From an uncultured Gemmatimonadales bacterium (lineage in GTDB: Bacteria; Gemmatimonadota; Gemmatimonadetes; Gemmatimonadales; GWC2-71-9): a stretch of DNA of 64,000 nucleotides. Every line of letters starts with the position of its first letter. The stretch's first letter is position 1. Shown here piece after piece: positions 10,301 through 18,938 of the stretch. Both the position numbers and the translations under genes were made by a program. The DNA is taken from the NCBI GenBank assembly GCA_963779755.1, contig CAVZZO010000001.1:416001-480000 (forward strand), read 5' to 3'. Below the pieces are notes generated by a model, which saw only the letters and a list, made by a program, of their open reading frames with translations, searched no databases and had not been told where the DNA came from.

Positions 10301-10611
10301 AGATCGGGCCGCTGATCGGCACGAAGACCTGGGGCGGCCTGGTAGGCTGGGGCGGGGAGCCGGAGCTCGTCGACGGCGGCTTCATCAGCGCGCCCAGCAC
10401 CGGCTTCTACAATGTGGACGGCCAGTGGGACGTGGAAAGCAAGGGGGTGGCGCCGGATATCGAGGTGGAGCAGGATCCCGCCGCGGTGATCGCCGGCCGG
10501 GACCCACAGCTGGAGCGGGCGGTGGCGGAGGCTATGCGGCTGCTGGCGGAGCATCCGCAGGTGCTCAAGCCCCAGCCGCCGGCACCGGACCGGGTGCAGC
10601 CGGGCACCTGA
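7348..10611 (+). CDS. Tricorn-like protease, peptidase S41 (two propellers, PDZ, catalytic domain)
   Basis: Signal peptide from ATG 7348; repeated WSPDG; IDERFNHGG, SGSGGD, GTKTWGG, GVAPDIEV. Confidence 0.95.
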   Translation: MLRSSLAILALFVLPALLTAQTRLLHQPDVSARYVAFEYGGDIWLAPRDGGEARRVTSSPTVERDPHFSPDGKWLAFTGGYGGNADVYVVGVDSGAPRRLTWHPGPDLVRGWTPDGRNIVFMSPRISVPDAEPRLWTVPVEGGFPTVMAVPQADAGAVSPDGSSLAYQMVRPWESEMRNYRGGQNQPIRVLDLKTYAMQKLPWAGSRDQQPVWLGSTIYFISDRDWTNNVWSYDTQTKALKQITHFKDFEVESVNAGAGAVVYEQAGDIHLFDPASGADRKLAIHVAGDFPWAMPHTVEVAKALTAPQLSPTGVRALFEARGEVLTVPTDKGTYRNLTRSSGVADRSPVWSPDGKRIAWFSDSSGEYQLMVTDQDGLAEPKVYPLAHPSYFYAPAWSPDGSRILFTDAEMHLRVLDLATGKETMVDQGNYTWPDRDMYPAWSPDSKWIAYTKRLKGSQFHAVFVYHATDGSVHQLTDGLSDVITPAWGRSGKYLLFLASTDFALNTGWLDMSSYDRPVQRGVYLAVLSQKDPSPLLPEAGDERGDSAKAAPDSAGKKGPKDSVSVTIDFDGFSQRILSLDVPSRDYVGLQAGKAGQFFYLERVPHHADVLHRYDLDKRKAIAFVPAAAEQYAISASGKKLLFQRASSDGDASGQWAVVDDDTPGPAPDSASLATSQLKVDLDPQAEWRQIFRDAWRIERDYVYVANLNGADWPAIRTRYAVLLPWVRHRIDLTQLLDQMQGELALAHTFVGGGDMPSADVRPAGLLGADLEVANGRYRIRKIYTGENWNPDLQAPLSAPGVNVREGDYLLAVNGRELRPPENPYAAFQGTVGQQVQIRVNARPVPAGSRLVTVVPIANEAGLRTRDWIETNRRKVDSLSGGKLAYVYVPNTGGSGYTSFNRYYFAQQDKQGAVIDERFNHGGSIADYMVDIMSRQLHGYFNQRLGDHYNAVTAPAAAIWGPKVLIINEMSGSGGDMFPYMFRQMKIGPLIGTKTWGGLVGWGGEPELVDGGFISAPSTGFYNVDGQWDVESKGVAPDIEVEQDPAAVIAGRDPQLERAVAEAMRLLAEHPQVLKPQPPAPDRVQPGT

Positions 10612-10655
10612 GCTAGCGCTCGGGTTCCGCGCGACCGAAGGAGCTCGGGAGGTGA

Positions 10656-10824
10656 AACCGCAGATTACGCAGATTACGCAGATGTTCCCGACTGAAGGCA
10701 ACGATCCGCTGAGCCTACGCCGGGCTACCACAAGGATGAACTTCTGTCTTATCGGGTAGTCGGGTCGACTGCGGAGCGCGGTCCAGCCGCGGCATCCTCT
10801 GCGTAATCTGCGTAATCTGCGGTT
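10656..10824. repeat. 169-bp element with perfect 27-bp terminal inverted repeats built from 9-mer units
   Basis: AACCGCAGATTACGCAGATTACGCAGA at 10656-10682 and its exact reverse complement at 10798-10824. Confidence 0.88.
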
Positions 10825-10913
10825 CCATCCGGGGAGCTTCCGGATTTGGCCGTTAACGGGCAGCGCGCGGCCGGGCGATCCGGTAATACCAATGCTGAGT
10901 GACGAGGCTGACC

Positions 10914-11378
10914 ATGGCTTCTTCTGCCGTTCAGGACTTCTATCCCGACCAGTTCGCCCACTGCTACGGCTGCGGGCGGCTGAACCCGGAAGGGCTGCAG
11001 ATCCAGACCCGCTGGGAGGGGGACGTTGCTGTTGCCCGGTTCACCCCGCGGCCCGAGCACATCGCCGTGCCGGGATTTGTCTATGGCGGCCTCATTGCCA
11101 GTCTGGTGGACTGTCACTCGATCGGTGCCGCGGCGGCGGCGGTGGAGCGCGCGGCGGGCCGGGAGATCGGGGCGGGTGAAGCTCCGCGATTCGTCACCGC
11201 TTCGCTCAAGGTAGACTTCCTGAAGCCAACGCCGCTGGGGCCGGAGCTGGAGATCCGGGCGCGGCCGCGCACGGTCTCCGCCCGCAAGGTGGTGGTGGAT
11301 GCCGAGGTCGTCGCGGGTGGTGTGGTAACGGCACGTGGTGAGGTGGTAGCGGTGAAAATGCCGGAGACGATGGGATAG
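10914..11378 (+). CDS. PaaI/hotdog-fold thioesterase
   Basis: CYGCGRLNPEGL, VYGGLIASLVDCH, VTASLKVDFLKPTP. Confidence 0.9.
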   Translation: MASSAVQDFYPDQFAHCYGCGRLNPEGLQIQTRWEGDVAVARFTPRPEHIAVPGFVYGGLIASLVDCHSIGAAAAAVERAAGREIGAGEAPRFVTASLKVDFLKPTPLGPELEIRARPRTVSARKVVVDAEVVAGGVVTARGEVVAVKMPETMG

Positions 11379-11413
11379 GGCAGAGTGAGCCGAGTGGGCC
11401 GAAAGGGAAAACC

Positions 11414-11878
11414 ATGCACCGGATCTTCTGGAGTGTCGCGCTCGCATGTGTCCTTCTGAGTGGGGTGGCGGTGGCACAGGCACCGGGATCGCCCCCAGCG
11501 GAGCTCCGGCCGCTGCTGGATTCGATGCTGGTGGCGGCCAACGCGCACGATACCGATCGCTTTCTGGCCGGCTACCTGCACGACTCCACCCTGGTTCTGG
11601 TCTTCAACGGTGTGGTCACCACCGGATACGACCAGGTGCGGGCGCTGCAGCTCAAGTGGTGGAACAACGGCGCCTCGGATGTCGTCTATACCCGGGTGGC
11701 GCCGGCCGGGTTCATGGTCCTGTCGCCTGGGGTGGTGGTGGTGACCGATCAGCTGGCCTCCCGACGTACGGCCCCGGATGGCACCATTCAGGGAGGCCGG
11801 TTCACTGCCACGATGGTCTGGCAGAAGCGGCCGCAGGGCTGGCGGGCGGTGGCGGTGCATGAGTCGACGGCGAGATAG
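11414..11878 (+). CDS. Exported SnoaL/NTF2-like (DUF4440-type) protein
   Basis: Signal peptide; ANAHDTDRFL...FTATMVWQKRPQGWRAVAVHES ending typical of the NTF2 fold. Confidence 0.8.
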   Translation: MHRIFWSVALACVLLSGVAVAQAPGSPPAELRPLLDSMLVAANAHDTDRFLAGYLHDSTLVLVFNGVVTTGYDQVRALQLKWWNNGASDVVYTRVAPAGFMVLSPGVVVVTDQLASRRTAPDGTIQGGRFTATMVWQKRPQGWRAVAVHESTAR

Positions 11879-11939
11879 GACGGCAGGACGGCCCTAAAGG
11901 ACTTCCTCGCGGCTCTCTATTGGAGGCCGCTCGGTCGCA

Positions 11940-11997
11940 GGACGGCAGGCGGCAAGGCGGCAAGGCGGCAAGGCGGCAAGGCGGCAGGATGGCAGGC
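11940..11997. repeat. Octamer tandem repeat (AGGCGGCA)n
   Basis: ggcggcaa repeated about 5 times with degenerate flanks; one mismatch from the reverse complement of the CTTGCCGT arrays. Confidence 0.85.
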
Positions 11998-12084
11998 TGG
12001 GAGGGCGGGAGGGCGGGGGCTGCTCCATCTTCCCGCATTCCTTTGTAAGTTCCGACATCCGAGGTCCTTTCTGGAGAGGTTGCC

Positions 12085-12291
12085 ATGTTCAAGCCCGTCA
12101 TGCAGATCGCGGCCGGCGGGGTGGCCGCCTTTCTGCTCTGGAAGATCGCCGCGCTGGTAATGCTGCCGCTGCTGGGCGTTGCCGCCGGCCTGGTGTTGCT
12201 CCTGATCAAGTTTGCCCTGTTCGGGATCGCTGTATTGGTGGTCTGGCTGGTGTATCGTCGGATGACCGGACCATCCAGCACGGCAGCCTGA
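12085..12291 (+). CDS. 68-aa hydrophobic membrane protein (paralog of 26310-26516)
   Basis: SD-like GGAGAGG upstream; almost fully hydrophobic; ungapped paralog in the window. Confidence 0.85.
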   Translation: MFKPVMQIAAGGVAAFLLWKIAALVMLPLLGVAAGLVLLLIKFALFGIAVLVVWLVYRRMTGPSSTAA

Positions 12292-12324
12292 CCGACCCGT
12301 TCACTGTCATCATCCGAGGTTCGC

Positions 12325-12954
12325 ATGAGTCTACGCCTGGGCGATACCGCCCCCAACTTCACCGCCGAGACCACCGAAGGAAAGATCGACTTCTACAAGT
12401 GGAAGGGAGACAGCTGGGCGGTGCTGTTCTCCCATCCCAGGGACTACACGCCGGTCTGCACCACGGAACTGGGCCGGGTGGCCGGCCTGAACGACGAGTT
12501 CAGGAAACGGAACTGCAAGGTGATCGGCCTGAGCGTGGATCCGCTCGGCAGCCATGCCGGGTGGGCCCAGGATATCCAGGACGTCACCGGCCACACGCTG
12601 AACTTCCCGCTCATCGCCGATCCGGACCGCAAGGTGGCCGATCTGTACGACATGATCCACCCGAACGCCAGCGACACGACCACGGTGCGTTCGGTCTTCA
12701 TCATCAGCCCGGACAACAAGATCAAGCTGACGCTGACCTATCCGGCCAGCACCGGGCGGAACTTCCTCGAGCTGCTGCGGGTGATCGACTCGCTCCAGCT
12801 GACCTCCCGGTTCGCCGTCTCCACGCCGGCCGACTGGCAGGCGGGCGAAGACGTCATCATCGGCACCGGCGTCTCCGACGAGGAGGCCGCGAAGCGCTTC
12901 CCCGGTTTCGTCACGAAGAAGCCCTACCTGCGGATGACGCCGCAACCGAAGTAG
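12325..12954 (+). CDS. 1-Cys peroxiredoxin (Prx6 family)
   Basis: FSHPRDYTPVCTTE, YPASTGRNF, IDSLQLT motifs. Confidence 0.96.
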   Translation: MSLRLGDTAPNFTAETTEGKIDFYKWKGDSWAVLFSHPRDYTPVCTTELGRVAGLNDEFRKRNCKVIGLSVDPLGSHAGWAQDIQDVTGHTLNFPLIADPDRKVADLYDMIHPNASDTTTVRSVFIISPDNKIKLTLTYPASTGRNFLELLRVIDSLQLTSRFAVSTPADWQAGEDVIIGTGVSDEEAAKRFPGFVTKKPYLRMTPQPK

Positions 12955-13035
12955 GACGGCCAGGGGGACGGGCGGTCAGGCGGTCAGGGGTGCCGCCTCT
13001 CCGCTCCCTCCCGCCGTAGCCGCCTTCCGGAGTTC

Positions 13036-15705
13036 GTGACGGATATCCCGGACCATCTCCTGTCCGCCCTCGCGGACCGCTACCGGATCGAGCGCGAGCT
13101 CGGTCAGGGCGGGATGGCCACGGTGTATCTGGCGGAAGATCTGAAGCACCGCCGCATGGTGGCGATCAAGGTACTGAAGCCCCAGCTGGCCTCCATGCTG
13201 GGCGCCGACCGCTTCCTGCGGGAGATCGAACTCACGGCGGCGCTGGATCATCCGCATATTCTGCCGCTGTATGAATCCGGGCGGGCGGGCGGCCAGGCGG
13301 GCGGGCGGTCGGAAGAAGTCCTCTTCTACGTCATGCCCTACGTGGAGGGTGAATCCCTCCGGGACCGGCTGAAGCGGGAGCGCCAGCTGCCGCTGGAGGA
13401 CGCGCTCCGTATCGCCCGCGAGGTCGCCGACGCGCTGAGCTACGCCCACAGCCGCGGCGTCATTCACCGGGACATCAAGCCGGAGAACATCCTGCTGTCG
13501 GGCGGGCATGCCCGGGTGGCGGACTTCGGCATTGCCCGCGCGATCGACGTGGCGTCCGGCGGGACCCTGACGGAGACGGGCCTGACCCTGGGGACGCCGG
13601 CCTACATGAGCCCCGAGCAGGCCGCCGCGGAGAAGCACCTGGACGGCCGGTCCGACTTGTACGCCCTGGCCTGCGTGCTCTACGAGATGCTGGGCGGCCA
13701 GGCGCCCTTTACGGGGCCGACCGCCGAGAGCGTGGTGCATCAGCACCTGGTCTCCTCTCCGGTGCCGGTGACCCAGTTGCGGCCCTCCGTGCCGCCGGAA
13801 GTGGCCGAGGCGCTCCAGCGCGCTCTGGCCAAGACGCCGGCCGACCGTTTCAGCACCGTCGGGCGCTTTGCCGAGGCACTGGGCCCGGGGCACGGCACCC
13901 CACCCCATCCGGTGCCTGGCGCAAGGGCCCCGCGGTCTTCTGCCCGCCTTGCCTGGCTGGTGTCCGCGGTCCTGGCCGTCGTCCTTCTGCTCGGTAGCGG
14001 CGCGCTATTGTTGCGCAAGCCGCCGGCCCGGCTGGACCTGGGCCATCTGCTCCAGGTGACACTGGACGCCGGGCTCGAGTTGGACCCGGCGCTCTCGCCC
14101 GACGGCAAGTTCCTGGCCTACTCCGGGCCGCATGGCGACCTCCTGGTTCGGCAAGTCGAGGGCGGGGACCCGATTCACGTGGTTCGCGGCGGCGATCCCC
14201 GGGGCCGCTGGCCCGCCTGGACGCCCGACGGGCAGTCGCTGGTGTACGTCTCCCCGCGCGGGTTCGAGACGGTACCGGCATTCGGCGGCGCGCCCAGGTT
14301 CCTGGCGGCGGAGACCACGCCGGAGCGCGGCCTGACGCTCTCACCCGACGGCCGGAGCTATGCCTTCGTCTCGCACGACTCCCTGTACGCCGCGCCGCTG
14401 GCGGGAGGAGCGGCGCGCCTGGTGACGGTGAGCCACGAGGTGCATTCCCCCGTGTGGTCGCCCGACGGCCGGTGGATCGCATTCGTCTCGGGGAATGTGC
14501 AGTTCGTGAAGTGGACAGACCTGGGGAATGTGGCGAACAGCAGCATCCAGGTGGTGGCGGCCGGCGGCGGTCCGGCGGCAGCGGTGAGCGACGACCAGGC
14601 GATGAACGTGAGCCCGGCGTGGGCCTCGCCGGCCACGCTGCTGTACGTGTCCGATCGCGGCGGCGGGCGGGACGTATATGAGGTCACCCTGGGGCGCACG
14701 GGGCGAGCGACGGGGCCCGCCGTCCGGATCACCACGGGGCTCAATCCGCACGGCATCAGCGTCTCCCACGACGGAAACCGGTTGGCCTGGTCGGCATTCA
14801 GTGAGCGGTCGAACGTCTGGTCGCTTCCGGTGCCCCGGAGCGGTTCCGTCTCGATCGAGGAGGCGAAGCAGCTGACCACGGGGAATCAGATCATCGAAAA
14901 CATCGATGTCTCGCGGGACGGTCGTTGGCTCGCGTTCAGCGCCGACCGGAACGGGACCTTTCAGATCTACCGCCAGCGCCTGGACCAGCCGGGAGCGGAG
15001 CCGCAGCAGATCACCTCGGACACCGCCGGAGCCTGGTGGGACGCCTGGTCGCCCGACGACAGCCAGATCGCCTTCCACCGTTTTCAGGGGGAGCGCCGGG
15101 TCGTTTACGTGATGCCGTCCCACGGCGGCGCGCCGGTCCGGGTGACCGACGGCAGCCAGGATGAACGCAGCCCCGAATGGTCCCCCGACGGGAGGCAACT
15201 GTTGCTGCTGGCCAACTGGGGGACCACCCCGGCACTGCACATCGTCACCCGTAAACCGGACGGCAGCTGGAGCGCTCCGCGAACCGTTCCGGTGGTCATC
15301 GGGTCGGACACGATACGGTCGGGGCTCGCGGCCTGGTCGCCGGACGGGAAGCTGCTGGCGTGCGGCTGCGGCCCGGGCGGGCTGGTCGTGGTGCCGGCGG
15401 ACGGGGGCGCCGCGCGCCGTCTCCCGGAGGCCTATTCGACGGCCGGATGGGCCTTTCCCCAGTGGTCGGCCGACGGGCGGACGATTTACTACCTGAGCGA
15501 AGATTCGGGTCGGGTGGCCTACGTGGTGGCCCAGCCGCTCTCGGGAGCTCCGCCCCATGTCGCGGTCCGGTTCGACGACCCCTCCCGCCCCTGGCACCGG
15601 TTCGGGTTCCGGGTGCGGGCCGGCCGGATCTTTACCGAGCTGGGCGACCGCGAGAGCGATATCTGGGTGGCGGACATCCGGGGCTCGAAAGGACGCATCC
15701 CCTAG
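13036..15705 (+). CDS. Ser/Thr kinase - TM - PD40/TolB-like propellers
   Basis: GQGG, AIK, HRDIKPEN, DFG; TM LAWLVSAVLAVVLLLGSGALLL; many WSPDG repeats. Confidence 0.95.
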   Translation: MTDIPDHLLSALADRYRIERELGQGGMATVYLAEDLKHRRMVAIKVLKPQLASMLGADRFLREIELTAALDHPHILPLYESGRAGGQAGGRSEEVLFYVMPYVEGESLRDRLKRERQLPLEDALRIAREVADALSYAHSRGVIHRDIKPENILLSGGHARVADFGIARAIDVASGGTLTETGLTLGTPAYMSPEQAAAEKHLDGRSDLYALACVLYEMLGGQAPFTGPTAESVVHQHLVSSPVPVTQLRPSVPPEVAEALQRALAKTPADRFSTVGRFAEALGPGHGTPPHPVPGARAPRSSARLAWLVSAVLAVVLLLGSGALLLRKPPARLDLGHLLQVTLDAGLELDPALSPDGKFLAYSGPHGDLLVRQVEGGDPIHVVRGGDPRGRWPAWTPDGQSLVYVSPRGFETVPAFGGAPRFLAAETTPERGLTLSPDGRSYAFVSHDSLYAAPLAGGAARLVTVSHEVHSPVWSPDGRWIAFVSGNVQFVKWTDLGNVANSSIQVVAAGGGPAAAVSDDQAMNVSPAWASPATLLYVSDRGGGRDVYEVTLGRTGRATGPAVRITTGLNPHGISVSHDGNRLAWSAFSERSNVWSLPVPRSGSVSIEEAKQLTTGNQIIENIDVSRDGRWLAFSADRNGTFQIYRQRLDQPGAEPQQITSDTAGAWWDAWSPDDSQIAFHRFQGERRVVYVMPSHGGAPVRVTDGSQDERSPEWSPDGRQLLLLANWGTTPALHIVTRKPDGSWSAPRTVPVVIGSDTIRSGLAAWSPDGKLLACGCGPGGLVVVPADGGAARRLPEAYSTAGWAFPQWSADGRTIYYLSEDSGRVAYVVAQPLSGAPPHVAVRFDDPSRPWHRFGFRVRAGRIFTELGDRESDIWVADIRGSKGRIP

Positions 15706-15903
15706 CCTCCCGGTGTACCTCCCGCCTATCCTACGTCATAATCCCAGCAACCCAGGGGCCGTCTCTACCGGACGGTGTCCCTTCCAGACGCGCGGGCGAT
15801 TCTGATCATACCGTCCGCCCTGCCGCCGTCTTGCCGCTAAACCGTTTCTTCCCTGTGAGGCCTCCCGGCAGCCCGGCCGCGGCCTCCCGCCCCCCAGGTC
15901 GCC

Positions 15904-18588
15904 GTGAGCGCAACCCTCTCGAACCTCCATGAGGCCCTCGCCGGCCGGTATCGCATCGAGCGCGAGCTGGGCGAGGGCGGGATGGCGACCGTCTATCTGG
16001 CCGATGACCTGAAGCACGACCGCAAGGTCGCGATCAAGGTCCTGCGCCCGGAGCTGGCCGCGGTGATCGGCGCCGAGCGATTTCTCGCCGAGATCAAGAC
16101 CACGGCCAACCTTCAGCACCCGCATATCCTGCCGCTGCACGATTCGGGTGAGGTTAACGGGACCGTCTTCTACGTGATGCCGTTCGTGGAAGGCGAGTCG
16201 CTGCGGGACCGGCTCGTGCGGGAGCAGCAGCTTCCGGTGCCCGATGCCGTACGGATCGCAACCGAGGTCGCCTCCGCGCTGGACTACGCCCACCGGCACG
16301 GCGTGATCCACCGGGACATCAAGCCGGAGAACATCCTGCTGCACGACGGGCAGGCGCTGGTGGCCGATTTCGGGATCGCCCTGGCGGTGAGCACGGCGGG
16401 CAGCACCCGGATGACCGAAACGGGCATGAGCCTGGGGACGCCGCACTACATGAGCCCCGAGCAGGCCATGGGCGAACGGGAGATCACCGCCCGGAGCGAT
16501 GTCTACGCGCTGGGGGCTTTGACCTACGAGATGCTGGCGGGCGAGCCGCCGTTCACCGGTCCCAGCGCGCAGGCCATCATCGCCAAGGTCGTGACGGCGG
16601 ACCCGGTGCCGCTCCGGGAGTCACGGAAGACCGTCCCGGTGCACGTCGATGCGGCAGTCCTCACCGCCTTGCAGAAGCTTCCGGCGGACCGCTTCGCCAG
16701 CACCGCAGCCTTCGCCAGCGCGCTCTCCGGCGCGACCCCCGTCCCCTCCCTCGCCGCGGAGACGCGGGGGCGGGTGGGAGGCCGCGGCCACCGCTTCACT
16801 CTTCTGGCGGCATGGGCGGGCTGGATTGTCGCGGTGCTCGCCGTTGCGTTCGGGCTGCGGGGGCGGTTCAGACCGGATACTGCCGCTCTGTCCCGGTTCG
16901 CCGTGGGATTTCCTTCGGGTCAGACACCCGGGCTTTCCATGCTGGGGACTCACATGGCCGTCTCCCGCGACGGGTCCATGCTGGTGTACACCGGCGGGGA
17001 CTCGGTTGAGGGCCGGTTGTGGCTGAAGACCCGCAATGCCCTGTCCGCCACGCCGATTCCCGGGACGGAGGGTGCCTACGACCCGTTCATCTCTCCGGAC
17101 GGCCAACAGATCGGTTTCGTCACGGACCGCGACGGCCGCACCCTGAAGGTGGTGCAGCTGGCAGGGGGGATGCCGCGGACCGTCGTCGGTGCGCCGCTGG
17201 GCACCAGCGGCGCCTACTGGGCTACCGACGGATACATCTATTTCGATGCGGATGTCGCAGGCCTGCAACGAGTGCGGCCCGACGGCAGCGATCGCGAGAC
17301 GGTGGCGCCGCTCGATACGCTCCAGCGTGAGTCGGGCATTGCCTGGCCGCAGATCCTCCCGGGAAACCGCGTGGCGCTCTTCCGGCTTCGCCGTGCCAAT
17401 GATGCCCCGGGAGATTTCTCCATCCTTGCCTGGCGGCTTGGCACGGGCGAGCACCGCGTGGTGACCCGGGCGGTGAGCGCCCGGTATGCCGCCGGGCACC
17501 TGCTCTTCGTGACGGTTGATGGGACGCTGCAGGCGGCCCCTTTCGATGAGCGGCATCTCGCGCTCACTGCCCCGCCAAACGCGGTGGCGTCCGGTGTCCG
17601 TATCAGCGGAACGTACGCCGGGGTGGACCTGGCGGCGAGCGATGACGGGACGCTCTACTATGTCGCGGGCTCGCCGGGCGCTGCTTCGCGGCTGGACTGG
17701 GTGGCCGCCGACGGCTCGGCGCATCCGGTGGATCCGGACTGGCGGGAAGGCGGGGAAATCCGTGGACTGGCGCTGTCACCGGATGGCCGGCGGGTGGCGG
17801 TCGAACTCTCGCGCGCCGGCACCACCGGCACCGATATCTGGGTGAAGCAGCTGCCCTCCGGGCCGCTCACCCGCTTCACTCTCGACGCGGCTCCCGATGT
17901 GCGCCCGAGCTGGTCCGGGGACGGGCGCTCCATCCTCTTCATTTCCGAGCGGGTGCACCCCCAGGCGGTTTTCCGGCGACAGGCCGATGGGACCGGTGGT
18001 GTCGTGCTGGTCGTCCGGAGCGATCGCGATATCACCGAGGCCGGCGAGTCACCGGACGGACGCTGGCTGGTGGTGCGGACCTCAGGGGCCCAGGCAGGAT
18101 CCGGTGACATCCTGGGCATGCGGATCGGCTCCGACACGGCGCTGCACCCGCTCATCAGCGGCCCGGCGGCCGAAACCAACCCGGCGATCTCGCCGGACGG
18201 CCACTGGATCGCCTACGTATCCACCGCCTCCGGCCGGCGCGAGGTGTACGTGCGGCCCTTTCCGGACGTGAACCGCGGGGTGTGGCAGGTATCCACGGAC
18301 GGAGGGGTCGAGCCGCGGTGGGCGCACTCGGGAAAGGAACTCTTCTTCCGGGCGATCAGCACGCTCGACCTCATGGCCGTGGATGTCGAAACCACGCCCG
18401 CGTTCCGGTCCGGGGCGCCGCACGCCCTGTTCCACAGCGATGCCGCGACCGGACTGGATTATGCGCGCTATGCTGTGGCTCCCGACGACCGGCATTTTCT
18501 CATGGTGGGGCAGGGCGCCGATGCTCCGCCGCAGCTCGTCAGGATCGAGCATTTCGTGCAGAGCCTCAAAACGGGGCCTGCGCCATGA
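15904..18588 (+). CDS. Ser/Thr kinase - TM - PD40/WD40 propellers
   Basis: Complete kinase motifs, TM segment, SPDG repeats. Confidence 0.95.
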   Translation: MSATLSNLHEALAGRYRIERELGEGGMATVYLADDLKHDRKVAIKVLRPELAAVIGAERFLAEIKTTANLQHPHILPLHDSGEVNGTVFYVMPFVEGESLRDRLVREQQLPVPDAVRIATEVASALDYAHRHGVIHRDIKPENILLHDGQALVADFGIALAVSTAGSTRMTETGMSLGTPHYMSPEQAMGEREITARSDVYALGALTYEMLAGEPPFTGPSAQAIIAKVVTADPVPLRESRKTVPVHVDAAVLTALQKLPADRFASTAAFASALSGATPVPSLAAETRGRVGGRGHRFTLLAAWAGWIVAVLAVAFGLRGRFRPDTAALSRFAVGFPSGQTPGLSMLGTHMAVSRDGSMLVYTGGDSVEGRLWLKTRNALSATPIPGTEGAYDPFISPDGQQIGFVTDRDGRTLKVVQLAGGMPRTVVGAPLGTSGAYWATDGYIYFDADVAGLQRVRPDGSDRETVAPLDTLQRESGIAWPQILPGNRVALFRLRRANDAPGDFSILAWRLGTGEHRVVTRAVSARYAAGHLLFVTVDGTLQAAPFDERHLALTAPPNAVASGVRISGTYAGVDLAASDDGTLYYVAGSPGAASRLDWVAADGSAHPVDPDWREGGEIRGLALSPDGRRVAVELSRAGTTGTDIWVKQLPSGPLTRFTLDAAPDVRPSWSGDGRSILFISERVHPQAVFRRQADGTGGVVLVVRSDRDITEAGESPDGRWLVVRTSGAQAGSGDILGMRIGSDTALHPLISGPAAETNPAISPDGHWIAYVSTASGRREVYVRPFPDVNRGVWQVSTDGGVEPRWAHSGKELFFRAISTLDLMAVDVETTPAFRSGAPHALFHSDAATGLDYARYAVAPDDRHFLMVGQGADAPPQLVRIEHFVQSLKTGPAP

Positions 18589-18938
18589 GCCTTGACCGCT
18601 TGGCGGCATTCCCGGGACCGGGCCCGCCGGTCCAGGTCTCGACCACCGGAGGCTCCGGGCCGGTGTGGACCCGCGACGGGCGCCTGATATATCGGGGCGG
18701 AGGCAAGGTCATTGCCGCCACCCTCGTCATGACCCCGTCGCTGCTCGTGATCGCGCGGACGCCCATTCTGGACGACGCTTTCGTCCCGTCCGGTGCCCCC
18801 CACGCCAACCATGACGTGTCCCCGGACGGCAGGAAGCTGCTCGCCCTGCAGGGCGGCACCGACCGGGTCGTGGTCGTGCACAACTGGAGGAAGGAAGTGC
18901 ATGAGCGAATCGCGGCGGATCGTGGAGACCGCAGGTGA
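18585..18938 (+). pseudogene. Internally deleted kinase-propeller gene (first 8 codons fused in frame to the last ~109 aa)
   Basis: MSLDRLAA (same as the start of gene 34793) joined to FPGPGPPVQVSTTGGSGPVW...DVSPDG...VVHNW. Confidence 0.85.
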
